From NCBI GenBank assembly GCA_026417135.1, contig JAOADV010000005.1:43317-107316 (forward strand): DNA of 64,000 bases, read 5' to 3'. Source of the stretch: Ignavibacteria bacterium. GTDB lineage: Bacteria > Bacteroidota > Ignavibacteria > Kapaibacteriales > UBA2268. This document shows, one piece after another, positions 7,972 to 17,501 of the stretch (positions within the stretch are counted from its first letter, which is position 1; every line of letters begins with the position of its first letter). A program made the position numbers and the translations under genes. The notes under the pieces are model-generated. The model worked only from the letters and a program-made list of their open reading frames with translations, made no database searches and was not told where the DNA came from.

Positions 7972-10134
7972 CTACAAATTTAGGTATGGTATAACTTTTT
8001 GGAAGCTTCCGTTTGAGACCTTAATCAGATATAAGCCCGGTGCAAAATCCAAACCTTTAAACACAAGAATTTTGTGGATACCTTGTCCAAGCTCAAAAAT
8101 TTGAGGTTTTGCAACAAGATTTCCTTTTACATCGTAGATTGAAACTTGAAAAGAACTTGAAAATGGGGTCGTAATAGTCAAACAAAGACTATTTGCACCT
8201 TCAAAAAAATCAGAATTTAATTCAACATCAATTTTTACATTATTGTCGTAAACATACAAAGTGGATTCAAATTGTTCGCACAAGACATAAGTGGTATCGA
8301 CAAAAATGGAATCTGGGAAAAACGGTAAAGCAGTAGAAAATGTTTCAAATCTCTCCTTTATGTAAAATATCTGTTTATGAATAGAATCCCCAGACTTAAA
8401 AATTAACCTAACTGGGGATTGAAAAACTTCTGGGACATTGGCGCCAATTTGAGTTTGTAAGATTGTTATGTTGGCATTATGAAAGCCACTATCATTTTTG
8501 AAATGATTAATACTTGAAGAAATCGAAAAAATTGGATGGCCAGCCTTGAAAAGCCATTGCTCGAAAAACTTATCGAAGTCGATAGGTGAATTTTGAATAT
8601 TTTCTTTAAAATGATTTATAAAATCTTCGTTTTGAATTGAATTAAATTTATTTTTATCGAAAAAACTTCGTAAAGTCTTGAAAAAGAGTGTATCCCCAAC
8701 AAATTCTTTAAGCATATGATAAATCCAGCTTGCTTTTTGATAAACCAAAACAGAATAATCTCCGAATATCGTATTTATTGGTAATCCATAAATTGGAGGT
8801 AAATTTAACCCTCCGTCTCGAAGATAACGGCGGCGAGAACTTAAAATAAACAAATCATAACCGGGTTTGCCCCAAAGGTATTCAGCCCAAAGTGCTTCGC
8901 TCCAAGTTGCTCCACCTTCGTTAAACCAGATGTCATCCCAACTGGCACAAGTTACGTAGTTACCAATCCATTGGTGAGCAAGTTCATGTGCAACAACAAA
9001 TTGTGCATTCTGACGCAGCAAAGCCCGATTCAAAGATGTTATTGTTTGATGTTCCATTCCGCCATAATGAAATGGCATAAGCACGACAGTTCCATATTTA
9101 GCAAAGGGATATTCCCCAAAAATGTTAGAATAAAACTCCAGCATTTTAACAGTAGGTTTAAAAGTATTTTTTGCATTATACTCCGAACCATCAGTCTTAG
9201 TCGAAAGATAGTCCTTTTCCCAAACATAGTAAGGAACTTCAATTGAATCGAGCGGATTTGTAATTTTTCGGTACCAATCGGAGTAACGATAGAATATCGA
9301 TGCAGTTACAGCCATCAAGTATGTAGCAATAGGTTTATCGCTTTCCCAATAATATACTTTTGCAGAATCGCCTTCATTTTCGACCTTGTTGAGAATCCCA
9401 TTAGAAGCAACGGTATACTCCTTTGGAACTCGTACCGTAATTGTTGCATCAGCTTTATCGTAAGGATTATCGTTCGAAGGCAACCAAAATCTTGCATCAT
9501 TCGGCTGACTCATCGTATAAGCAATTCTTTCTTCGACAAACACAGAGTCGTAGAAAGGAGCAGGCAATCGACCCACAAACTTCCCCTTTGGATACAAAAA
9601 AAAGCCCCGATAGTTTTCCTCTGGAATATTTCTTGCATATTTGTAAAAAACAGTAACAACTGCAGAATCGCCAGAATTAAGGTTTTTCGGCAAGCCTATG
9701 TTTAGTCTTCTGTTGGCAATCTGAGGGGTCGGTGTTATTTTTTGTTTGAAATTATCAAATTCTACAAACACAGAATCGATAACTAAATCTCTTGCATCCA
9801 GCTCGACCAAGTTGAAATTGTCTTGTTGTATCCGCACCGTAATCTTGTTGATACCTAACCAAACTCTGCTCAGAGAATCCATTGCTTTTGGGTCTTTCAT
9901 CAAATTATACCAATCTAAATACAAGTCGTAACGAAGGACATCGTAAGGTCTTTTCGTAACTTGTTGAACGTTGTCTGAAGAAAATTTCTTATTTTGAAAA
10001 TTGTAGGAATTAATATTTAACTCTTTGTTCGAAACATTTCCGATAAAAAAATCTTTCGCAGACGCAGTTAAGCTTTGTAGTTGCAAAATTGAAAAAAATA
10101 AGAAAACACAACGAAGTAATGAATTTTCTTTCAT
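7972..10134 (-). CDS. M1 family aminopeptidase with T9SS-type C-terminal domain
   Basis: Signal peptide; GGMEH, HELAHQW and NEG zinc motifs; C-terminal SIYDVKGNLV...APGLYLIKV. Confidence 0.9.
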   Translation of the reverse strand: MKENSLLRCVFLFFSILQLQSLTASAKDFFIGNVSNKELNINSYNFQNKKFSSDNVQQVTKRPYDVLRYDLYLDWYNLMKDPKAMDSLSRVWLGINKITVRIQQDNFNLVELDARDLVIDSVFVEFDNFKQKITPTPQIANRRLNIGLPKNLNSGDSAVVTVFYKYARNIPEENYRGFFLYPKGKFVGRLPAPFYDSVFVEERIAYTMSQPNDARFWLPSNDNPYDKADATITVRVPKEYTVASNGILNKVENEGDSAKVYYWESDKPIATYLMAVTASIFYRYSDWYRKITNPLDSIEVPYYVWEKDYLSTKTDGSEYNAKNTFKPTVKMLEFYSNIFGEYPFAKYGTVVLMPFHYGGMEHQTITSLNRALLRQNAQFVVAHELAHQWIGNYVTCASWDDIWFNEGGATWSEALWAEYLWGKPGYDLFILSSRRRYLRDGGLNLPPIYGLPINTIFGDYSVLVYQKASWIYHMLKEFVGDTLFFKTLRSFFDKNKFNSIQNEDFINHFKENIQNSPIDFDKFFEQWLFKAGHPIFSISSSINHFKNDSGFHNANITILQTQIGANVPEVFQSPVRLIFKSGDSIHKQIFYIKERFETFSTALPFFPDSIFVDTTYVLCEQFESTLYVYDNNVKIDVELNSDFFEGANSLCLTITTPFSSSFQVSIYDVKGNLVAKPQIFELGQGIHKILVFKGLDFAPGLYLIKVSNGSFQKVIPYLNL

Positions 10135-10221
10135 ATTAACTCAAAAACAATTTTGTACAAAAACATTCGTTTCAAAACTTGAAAAAGCAAATATATCAAT
10201 AAAAATTGTTTCATAGCCAAT

Positions 10222-11043
10222 ATGGATATCGCGACCAAAATCAAGATGAACAATGATATTGAAATACCTATACTTGGTTTAGGAACTTATATGCTAAAAC
10301 CAGGCGAAGAATGTTATAATGCTTGTCTTTGGGCATTCGAAGTTGGTTATAGGCATATCGATACAGCCTCCTTTTATGGTAACGAAGAAGACGTCGGCCG
10401 AGCTGTAAGAGATTCCGGAATTAAAAGAGAAGATATATTTGTAACGACAAAAGTATGGAACGACGACCAAGGTTACGATAAAACACTCGAGGCTGTCGAT
10501 AAAAGCCTAACCAAACTTGGTTTCGATTATATTGACCTTTATTTAATTCATTGGCCTGTACCAACTTTGCGTCGACAAACTTGGAAAGCTCTCGAAAAGG
10601 TTTACGACCAAGGTATAGTTGCTTCGATTGGAGTCAGCAACTACACTATTTCACATTTGCAGGAATTATTCAACTATGCAAATGTCATCCCAGTCGTAAA
10701 TCAGGTAGAATTCTCGCCTTATTTATATCAAAAAGAACTGAAAGAATTCTGCGAAGAGAATAAAATTTTGATAGAAGCATATTCGCCACTTGGTCGAGGA
10801 CGCAAGCTTAACGACCCACGATTGATTGAATTAGCGAAGAAATATCAGAAAACCCCAGCACAAATACTCATCCGTTGGGCACTCCAAATGGGTACAATTG
10901 TAATACCTAAATCAGCAAAAAGAGAAAGAATTATCGAAAATGCTTCGGTTTTCGATTTCGAGCTTAGCAAAGAAGATGTTCAATATCTTTGCACATTTAA
11001 CGAAGGGTTCCGTGTTGCTTGGAATCCCGAAAAGGTACAGTAG
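10222..11043 (+). CDS. Aldo/keto reductase (2,5-DKG reductase-like)
   Basis: LGLGT, YRHIDTASFY, FVTTKVW, DLYLIHWP, IGVSNY, VIPKS motifs. Confidence 0.95.
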   Translation: MDIATKIKMNNDIEIPILGLGTYMLKPGEECYNACLWAFEVGYRHIDTASFYGNEEDVGRAVRDSGIKREDIFVTTKVWNDDQGYDKTLEAVDKSLTKLGFDYIDLYLIHWPVPTLRRQTWKALEKVYDQGIVASIGVSNYTISHLQELFNYANVIPVVNQVEFSPYLYQKELKEFCEENKILIEAYSPLGRGRKLNDPRLIELAKKYQKTPAQILIRWALQMGTIVIPKSAKRERIIENASVFDFELSKEDVQYLCTFNEGFRVAWNPEKVQ

Positions 11044-11049
11044 AACTAA

Positions 11050-12471
11050 ATGTTAGATATAGAAAACTTCGAAGAATACGCACAAAAAATTACCCAATTC
11101 GTTTTGGATTATTACAAAAATATCGAATCATTCCCCGTGAAATCTATAGTTGAACCCGGGGATATTTTCCACAAAATACCAAACGAACCACCTATCGAAG
11201 CTGAATCGTTTGACCAAATTTTGGATGACTTTAATAAAATTATTTTGCCCGGAATAACTCATTGGCAACATCCGCGGTTTTTTGCTTATTTTCCAGCAAA
11301 TACAAGTTTCCCTTCAATTTTAGCCGAATATTTAGTCTCTGCGTTGGGAGTTCAAGCGATGATATGGCAAACATCCCCGGCATCGACCGAATTAGAAGAA
11401 AAAATGATGATTTGGCTTAGAAAGCTACTTGGAATTTCTGAAGATTTCAACGGAGTAATTCAAGACACAGCATCGACTTCTACATTAGTTGCTCTATTAA
11501 CTGCAAGGGAAAAGTTTTCGAACTTTTCTATTAACAATCAAGGATTTAGAGGGGAAAAATTCGTAGTCTATTGCTCGACCGAAGCTCATTCATCGATTGA
11601 AAAAGCTGTAAAAATTGTAGGTATCGGAGCAAATAATTTAAGAAAGATTCCAGTTGACGATACTGATTTTTCGATGCGATGTGAACTTTTAGAAAAACAA
11701 ATAAGAAACGATATAAAGTTAGGATTCAAACCATTGTGCGTTGTCGGAGCCTTAGGAACAACTGGTTCGATGGCAATCGACCCTTTAATAGAAATTGGAG
11801 AAATTGCCAAAAAATACGATTTATGGTACCATATCGATGGTGCTATGGCGGGCTCAGCATTAATACTCGACGAATTTAGTAAGCTCCGCGAAGGAGTAAA
11901 TTTAGCAGACACATTTGTCTTTAATCCTCATAAGTGGCTTTTTACAAATTTCGATTGCTCTGCATTCTATATTAAAGATAAAGATACTCTTTTGAAAACT
12001 TTTGAAATTTACCCAGAATATCTTAAAACAGACCTCGACCGAAGAGTTAACAACTACAGAGATTGGGGAATACAACTCGGACGACGATTTCGCTCTTTAA
12101 AACTATGGTTTGTTATTCGTTCCTTTGGGATAAAAGGTCTAAAAAAAATTATTCGTTCCCATCTCGATATGGCAAAAGAATTATCTGAATTAATCGAAAA
12201 GGAAGAAATCTTTGAAATCTTAGCACCAGTAAATTTTACCACAATTTGTTTCAGATATCGACCCAGAAAGGAAGATAGCGAGGGAAATTTGGAAATACTG
12301 AACAAAAAGCTTTTGGCAAAAATCAATGAAAGCGGATTTGCTTATCTAACACATACAAAATTAAATGGTAAATTTGCAATTCGTTTCTCTATAGGACAAA
12401 CAAATACAAAATTTGCACACGTCTTCGAGACTTGGGAGTTTATCAAGTCGATTGCAAAGCAATTGAATTAA
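11050..12471 (+). CDS. PLP-dependent aromatic-L-amino-acid decarboxylase (group II, DDC family)
   Basis: PGITHWQHPRFFAYFPAN, SPASTELE, AHSSIEKA, PLP lysine motif NPHKW, DWGIQLGRRFRSLKLW. Confidence 0.9.
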   Translation: MLDIENFEEYAQKITQFVLDYYKNIESFPVKSIVEPGDIFHKIPNEPPIEAESFDQILDDFNKIILPGITHWQHPRFFAYFPANTSFPSILAEYLVSALGVQAMIWQTSPASTELEEKMMIWLRKLLGISEDFNGVIQDTASTSTLVALLTAREKFSNFSINNQGFRGEKFVVYCSTEAHSSIEKAVKIVGIGANNLRKIPVDDTDFSMRCELLEKQIRNDIKLGFKPLCVVGALGTTGSMAIDPLIEIGEIAKKYDLWYHIDGAMAGSALILDEFSKLREGVNLADTFVFNPHKWLFTNFDCSAFYIKDKDTLLKTFEIYPEYLKTDLDRRVNNYRDWGIQLGRRFRSLKLWFVIRSFGIKGLKKIIRSHLDMAKELSELIEKEEIFEILAPVNFTTICFRYRPRKEDSEGNLEILNKKLLAKINESGFAYLTHTKLNGKFAIRFSIGQTNTKFAHVFETWEFIKSIAKQLN

Positions 12472-12480
12472 GAGTATTTT

Positions 12481-13767
12481 ATGAAAAGAAAAAATAATTC
12501 GTTTAGACCAAAAGAAAGAATAATACCTATCGAAAAAGTTTCTTACGAAGAAACACTACTCGATAATGGAGTTTTAGTAATCACAGAAAAGGTACCATAC
12601 TTCAATTCCTTTGCCTTTGGAATTGGTATTAGAGTTGGTTCGAGGCGTGATTTCCCGGGATACGAAGGAATAGCACATTTTATCGAACATCTACTTTTTC
12701 GTCGAACAAAAAACCTTAGCTCAACTCAAATAAACGAACTTTTCGAAAGTTACGGCGCCTATTTCAATGCTTTCACTACAAAAGAATACACGGTTTTTTA
12801 TGTTCGCGCCTTACGAACTAACTTCAAAAGGGTTTGGAAACTGCTTTTCGATATTGTGTTTCAAAGAAATTTTATTAAACAAGACATAGACAAGGAACGC
12901 TCTATCATCTTCGAAGAAATTCGTTCCACTAAAGAAGACCCAGAAGAGGAAATTTTAGATTATACCGATAAAATACAATTCCAGAATACAGATTTAGCAC
13001 ACCCGATTGTTGGGTCGGTAAGCTCAGTTAAAAGAATTACATTAAAAGAAATAGAAGAATTTTATTCCAAATTCTTCGGTGCAAATAATATAGTTGTCTC
13101 GGTTGTAGGTAATTTCGAACATTCAGAAATTTTGGACGAAATTGGTAGCCAATTTTCTTCTTTACAAAGAAACAATGAAGAATTTCCAAACAATTCAATA
13201 GTTTTCTCCAAAGTTCCAAAATTCAAAAAATTAAGAAGACAATTTTTGCAAAGTCATCTTACTATTTCGACTAAATTACCACGTCTAAACCAAACCGAGC
13301 GATATATATCTGCAATTGCAAATATTTTAATTGCTGATTGTGCGAGCAGTCGACTGTATAAAAAACTCAGAGAAGAAACTGGACTTGTTTATAATGTTTC
13401 CTCTTCTTTTTCAACATTTTCCGATTGTTCAGCAATTTATATTTACTCGACGATGAATCCAAACAAGCAAAACAAGTCTATCGAATTAATCTCGCAAGAA
13501 ATAGAAAATATTGCAAAAAATGGCTTTACCCAGAAAGAGATGGAACTTTCGAAAGAACAAATCAAGTCTTCGACAATTATTGCTTTCGAAAACCTTTCCG
13601 AAAGACTGCAAGCAATTATGAAAGCAGAATTAACTTTTGGTAAATACGAACCACTTTCCGAAACTATTTCGGTAGTTAATTCAATCGAACTCGAAGAGTT
13701 AAATCGTTTCGTAAGAAATCATTTTTCTCTTGAAAATTGGACAACAATATTGTTCGAAGCCAAATGA
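12481..13767 (+). CDS. M16 (pitrilysin/insulinase) family zinc peptidase
   Basis: GIAHFIEHLLF inverted zinc motif HxxEH, NAFTTKEYT, SSRLYKKLREETGLVY. Confidence 0.92.
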   Translation: MKRKNNSFRPKERIIPIEKVSYEETLLDNGVLVITEKVPYFNSFAFGIGIRVGSRRDFPGYEGIAHFIEHLLFRRTKNLSSTQINELFESYGAYFNAFTTKEYTVFYVRALRTNFKRVWKLLFDIVFQRNFIKQDIDKERSIIFEEIRSTKEDPEEEILDYTDKIQFQNTDLAHPIVGSVSSVKRITLKEIEEFYSKFFGANNIVVSVVGNFEHSEILDEIGSQFSSLQRNNEEFPNNSIVFSKVPKFKKLRRQFLQSHLTISTKLPRLNQTERYISAIANILIADCASSRLYKKLREETGLVYNVSSSFSTFSDCSAIYIYSTMNPNKQNKSIELISQEIENIAKNGFTQKEMELSKEQIKSSTIIAFENLSERLQAIMKAELTFGKYEPLSETISVVNSIELEELNRFVRNHFSLENWTTILFEAK

Positions 13768-13769
13768 AA

Positions 13770-16034
13770 CTAATCTTTTTTGCAATACTTATCGAGAAAT
13801 TCAAAAACTTCGTAGTACCATAAAATTTGCTCTTGAGGCTTCAAAATCCAATGACCTTGCTGAGGGAAAATCATTAACTTCGCAGGCAAACCCTTTAATT
13901 TTGCTGCAGTAAAAGCTTCGAGACTTTGAGTATAGGGAACGCGAAAATCTTTTTCCCCAGCTGAAATCATTATCGGAGTATCCCAATTTTGAACATATTT
14001 ATGAGGAGAATGCTTTTCGTATATTGCTTTTGCTTTCGGTTCCCAAAAAGGACCACCAAATTCCCAATTTGGGAACCAAAGTTCTTCGGTCGAACCATAT
14101 TTACTTTCAAGGTTAAAAACTCCACAATGAGAAAGGAAAGCAGAGAAACGTTTTTGGTGATTCCCAGCCAACCAAAAAACAGCATATCCACCAGCACTTG
14201 CTCCAACAGCAGCAACTCCACTCTTATTTACAAAAGGCTCTTTCCTAATCGAGTCTGTTACGTCAAGAATGTCTTCCATCGGTTTGCCACCCCAATCCTT
14301 GCTAATTGCGTCGTTCCATTCTTGGCCAAAGCCTGGAACTCCCCTTCTGTTGGGAGCAACGACAATATACCCTTGTGATGCAAAAAGAAACAGATTCCAT
14401 CGGTAACTGAAATATTGGCTAATTGTCGATTGCGGACCACCTTGACAATATACAATCATAGGGTATTTTTTCTTTTCGTCGAAATCTGGTGGGAAAATAA
14501 CCCAGGTGTGAATTTTTTTACCATCCCTACTTTTTATCCATCTCTCAGTGATTCTTACGGTTTTAAGTTGCCTATAAATGTCTTCATTTTCGAACGTCAA
14601 ACGCATTATTGGGTAATTAGGATTAATTAAACTCATTTTGTAAATTTCGAAAGGACGAAGCATATTCCTCCGTCCAAAGAATAGAGTTTGCCCATCCGAA
14701 GAAATGTCCAACCCGCCATCGTTGTTATAATAACCCTTGGAAAGTATTCTCCAAAATCCGTCTGTAATGTCAATTTCATATATTTGAACTACAGGACCAT
14801 CTTCGGCGGAAAAATAAATTTTGGTTGGGTTTGTTGGATTCCAAATAAATTCACCAACCCATTGGTCAAGTCGCCAAGATAGTTCAGTAATTTCGTTTGT
14901 CAATCTGTTATAAAGCATTAGCCGAACCCTGTCGCTTTCGAAGCCCGGGCGTTTTTGGCTATGAAAAGCAATCCATTTTCCATCGGGCGAATACTTTGGA
15001 TTTTTATCGTAGCCGGGTAGGTTTGCAGTAATGTCGAGGGTTTTCTTTGTCTCTAAATTATAGACATAAATATTTGTGTTCGTGCTTGTTGCATAATTAT
15101 GTTCCTTTTTGCAAGTATAAGCAAGTTCTTTCGAATCGGGCGACCAATCAAATTGTTCGGAACCTCCGAAAGGTGGGTCTGGCGCGTCAAAAGGTTCATT
15201 TGACATTAGGTCCACTGGAGTTCCACCTTCAACAGAGGAAATAAATATATGAGTTTTGTATTCATCTTCCCAAGTATCCCAATGTCGAACTGGCAAAGTC
15301 TCGTAAATCCTTACCTTTGCTTTATCGAGAAATGGGTATTTCTCTTTTGGTGTCGTAAATATCTTCACATCACTGGCGTATGCTATAAGTTGTCCGTCTG
15401 GCGAAACTTTAAAAGCTTTGACGCCTTTTTCGCTATTTGTAATTTGCTTTCGTTCTCTTGTTTCAACATTAATTCTAAACACCTGAGGTTCAGTGGAAGA
15501 AGTTGAAATAAAATACACAAATTTCCCAGATTTATCCCATTGATAATCAAATTCATTGAACTGGGGGTCATTTGTTAAATTTTCGGTTGCCCCAGATTCA
15601 AGATTTAAAAGGAACAAATCCGTTTCAACGAGATTTTCTCTTATGTTCGGTTTACCAACAGAATAAAGCAAGTATTTACCATTTGGCGAAACTTTTGGTT
15701 TACCAACTCGTTTAAGTGTTAAAAGCAGTTCAGGAGTAAACCGATTCTCACCCGGGTAAACAAATATTGGTTCGTGCGGTATGAATTTCCATCCAGAGTC
15801 AAGGATAAATTTTGGAAATTCAACATTAAATAATCTCAATAGTTCATTTCTGTCCATTGAATGTACTTTAATCGGGTCGAACTTGTTCAAGAAAAAAGGC
15901 ACGTAAGGGACACGGTCTGGCGGAAGGTTCATCAAAATCGAATCCAAAACTGGATTTGGAGTGGGTTGAGATAATGTTGGAAAACAAAAGCAAAACCAAA
16001 AGAGCACAGAAATGAAATATAACTTTATTCTCAT
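13770..16034 (-). CDS. S9 family (prolyl oligopeptidase/dipeptidyl peptidase-like) peptidase
   Basis: Signal peptide; PD40/TolB-like beta-propeller repeats; GASAGG nucleophile, EKDFRV Asp, QGHW His. Start placed at ATG 16034 (track 16061). Confidence 0.92.
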   Translation of the reverse strand: MRIKLYFISVLFWFCFCFPTLSQPTPNPVLDSILMNLPPDRVPYVPFFLNKFDPIKVHSMDRNELLRLFNVEFPKFILDSGWKFIPHEPIFVYPGENRFTPELLLTLKRVGKPKVSPNGKYLLYSVGKPNIRENLVETDLFLLNLESGATENLTNDPQFNEFDYQWDKSGKFVYFISTSSTEPQVFRINVETRERKQITNSEKGVKAFKVSPDGQLIAYASDVKIFTTPKEKYPFLDKAKVRIYETLPVRHWDTWEDEYKTHIFISSVEGGTPVDLMSNEPFDAPDPPFGGSEQFDWSPDSKELAYTCKKEHNYATSTNTNIYVYNLETKKTLDITANLPGYDKNPKYSPDGKWIAFHSQKRPGFESDRVRLMLYNRLTNEITELSWRLDQWVGEFIWNPTNPTKIYFSAEDGPVVQIYEIDITDGFWRILSKGYYNNDGGLDISSDGQTLFFGRRNMLRPFEIYKMSLINPNYPIMRLTFENEDIYRQLKTVRITERWIKSRDGKKIHTWVIFPPDFDEKKKYPMIVYCQGGPQSTISQYFSYRWNLFLFASQGYIVVAPNRRGVPGFGQEWNDAISKDWGGKPMEDILDVTDSIRKEPFVNKSGVAAVGASAGGYAVFWLAGNHQKRFSAFLSHCGVFNLESKYGSTEELWFPNWEFGGPFWEPKAKAIYEKHSPHKYVQNWDTPIMISAGEKDFRVPYTQSLEAFTAAKLKGLPAKLMIFPQQGHWILKPQEQILWYYEVFEFLDKYCKKD

Positions 16035-16117
16035 ATTACAATTAGATTTAAACAAACCCAAACAAAATTAAGCAAAAGGTATGATATATTAATTTTGTAT
16101 TTGTTTTGGAGAAAAAC

Positions 16118-16717
16118 ATGCCCAAATTATATCTTGGTTTTTTAGCGTCGCACGGCGGTAGTAATATGCAAGCAATCATCGATTCAATAAAGAGGGGTGA
16201 ACTCGATGCAGTCCCTTGCGTAGTAATTTCGAACAATTCCAACTCCTTGGCTCTCGAAAGGGCAAGAAACGAAGGCATCCCAGCATACCACATTAGCTCC
16301 AAACACTTTCCGAACGAAGACGAACTCGACCAAGCAATTTTGGACACACTATTGAAACATAATGTCGATACCGTTGTGCTTGCTGGGTATATGAAAAAGA
16401 TTGGTCCAAAAGTGTTAACACATTTTAAAAATCGAGTTTTAAATATTCACCCAGCCTTACTTCCCAAATTTGGCGGGCAAGGAATGTATGGGAAATTTGT
16501 TCACGAAGCAGTTTTGAAAGCTGGAGAAAAAGAAAGCGGATGTACAGTCCACCTCGTAGATGAAATTTATGACCACGGTCGAATTCTTGGACAAAGAAAA
16601 GTCGAAATCTCCCCCGACGACACAGTCGATACGCTTTCAGCAAAAGTTTTAGAACAAGAACATATCCTTTACACAGAAATACTTAAAAAAATTTCCAACG
16701 GAGAAATAGTATTATAA
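16118..16717 (+). CDS. purN: Phosphoribosylglycinamide formyltransferase
   Basis: ASHGGSNMQAI, VLAGYMK, LNIHPALLPKFGG, GCTVHLVDEIYDHG; GGAG RBS before ATG 16118. Confidence 0.96.
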   Translation: MPKLYLGFLASHGGSNMQAIIDSIKRGELDAVPCVVISNNSNSLALERARNEGIPAYHISSKHFPNEDELDQAILDTLLKHNVDTVVLAGYMKKIGPKVLTHFKNRVLNIHPALLPKFGGQGMYGKFVHEAVLKAGEKESGCTVHLVDEIYDHGRILGQRKVEISPDDTVDTLSAKVLEQEHILYTEILKKISNGEIVL

Positions 16718-17446
16718 ACCTCTATCAAGGTGGTACCCACCATCGACAAATATTACTTGTCCAGTGATAAAGTTTGAACAAGTTGCAAAAAAATATACAG
16801 CATCGAAAACATCAAAAATCGTCCCATACCTTTGCATTGGAATTCGTGTTAAAGGAATTAAGGGTGAATCTATTTGATTAGGCTCATCTGGAATTAAAAT
16901 TGTTCCCGGGCTTACGCAGTTAACTGCAATTTTAGGGGCTAATTCTTTTGCTAATGACTTTGTTAATTGTATAACTCCAGCCTTCGATATATTATAGGGA
17001 ACCCTACCTTTCCAAGTTTCTATTCCACCAAGTGAACCAATATTGATAATTCGAGCCCCAATCTTGGCATATTCAGAAAATATTTTAGAAACAAAAAAGT
17101 AGGATTTTAAATTTATTGCCAATGTTTCATCCCATAGTTGTTCATCAATTTCACCGACCTCTTTTTTATCTGGAAAAATTCCTGCATTATTTACTAAAAC
17201 ATCTGGAACTCCAAATTCCTTGAATGCTTTTTCGAATGTTTTAGATATATCTTGAATTTGGCGTAAATCCAACGAAAACTGATAGGTTTTACTTGTAAAA
17301 TTCTTTTCTATGAACTTTCGAGCATCCTCGACTCCTTGTTGTGTTTTATTATAATGAAAGATAACATCCCAGCCTTTCCGAGCAAATTCTATTGCTAAAC
17401 CTTTTCCAATCCTTCGACCGCTTCCTGTAATTAAAATTAAAGGCAT
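16712..17446 (-). CDS. SDR family oxidoreductase (pteridine reductase/FolM-like)
   Basis: ITGSGRRIG, LVNNAG, YNISK (YxxxK), VNCVSPG, ITGQVIFVDGG. Confidence 0.88.
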   Translation of the reverse strand: MPLILITGSGRRIGKGLAIEFARKGWDVIFHYNKTQQGVEDARKFIEKNFTSKTYQFSLDLRQIQDISKTFEKAFKEFGVPDVLVNNAGIFPDKKEVGEIDEQLWDETLAINLKSYFFVSKIFSEYAKIGARIINIGSLGGIETWKGRVPYNISKAGVIQLTKSLAKELAPKIAVNCVSPGTILIPDEPNQIDSPLIPLTRIPMQRYGTIFDVFDAVYFFATCSNFITGQVIFVDGGYHLDRGL

Positions 17447-17501
17447 AACAAAATCTTAACAATTAAAGATTAATTTAACTATTTTTTAAAAGCTAATTTT
17501 A

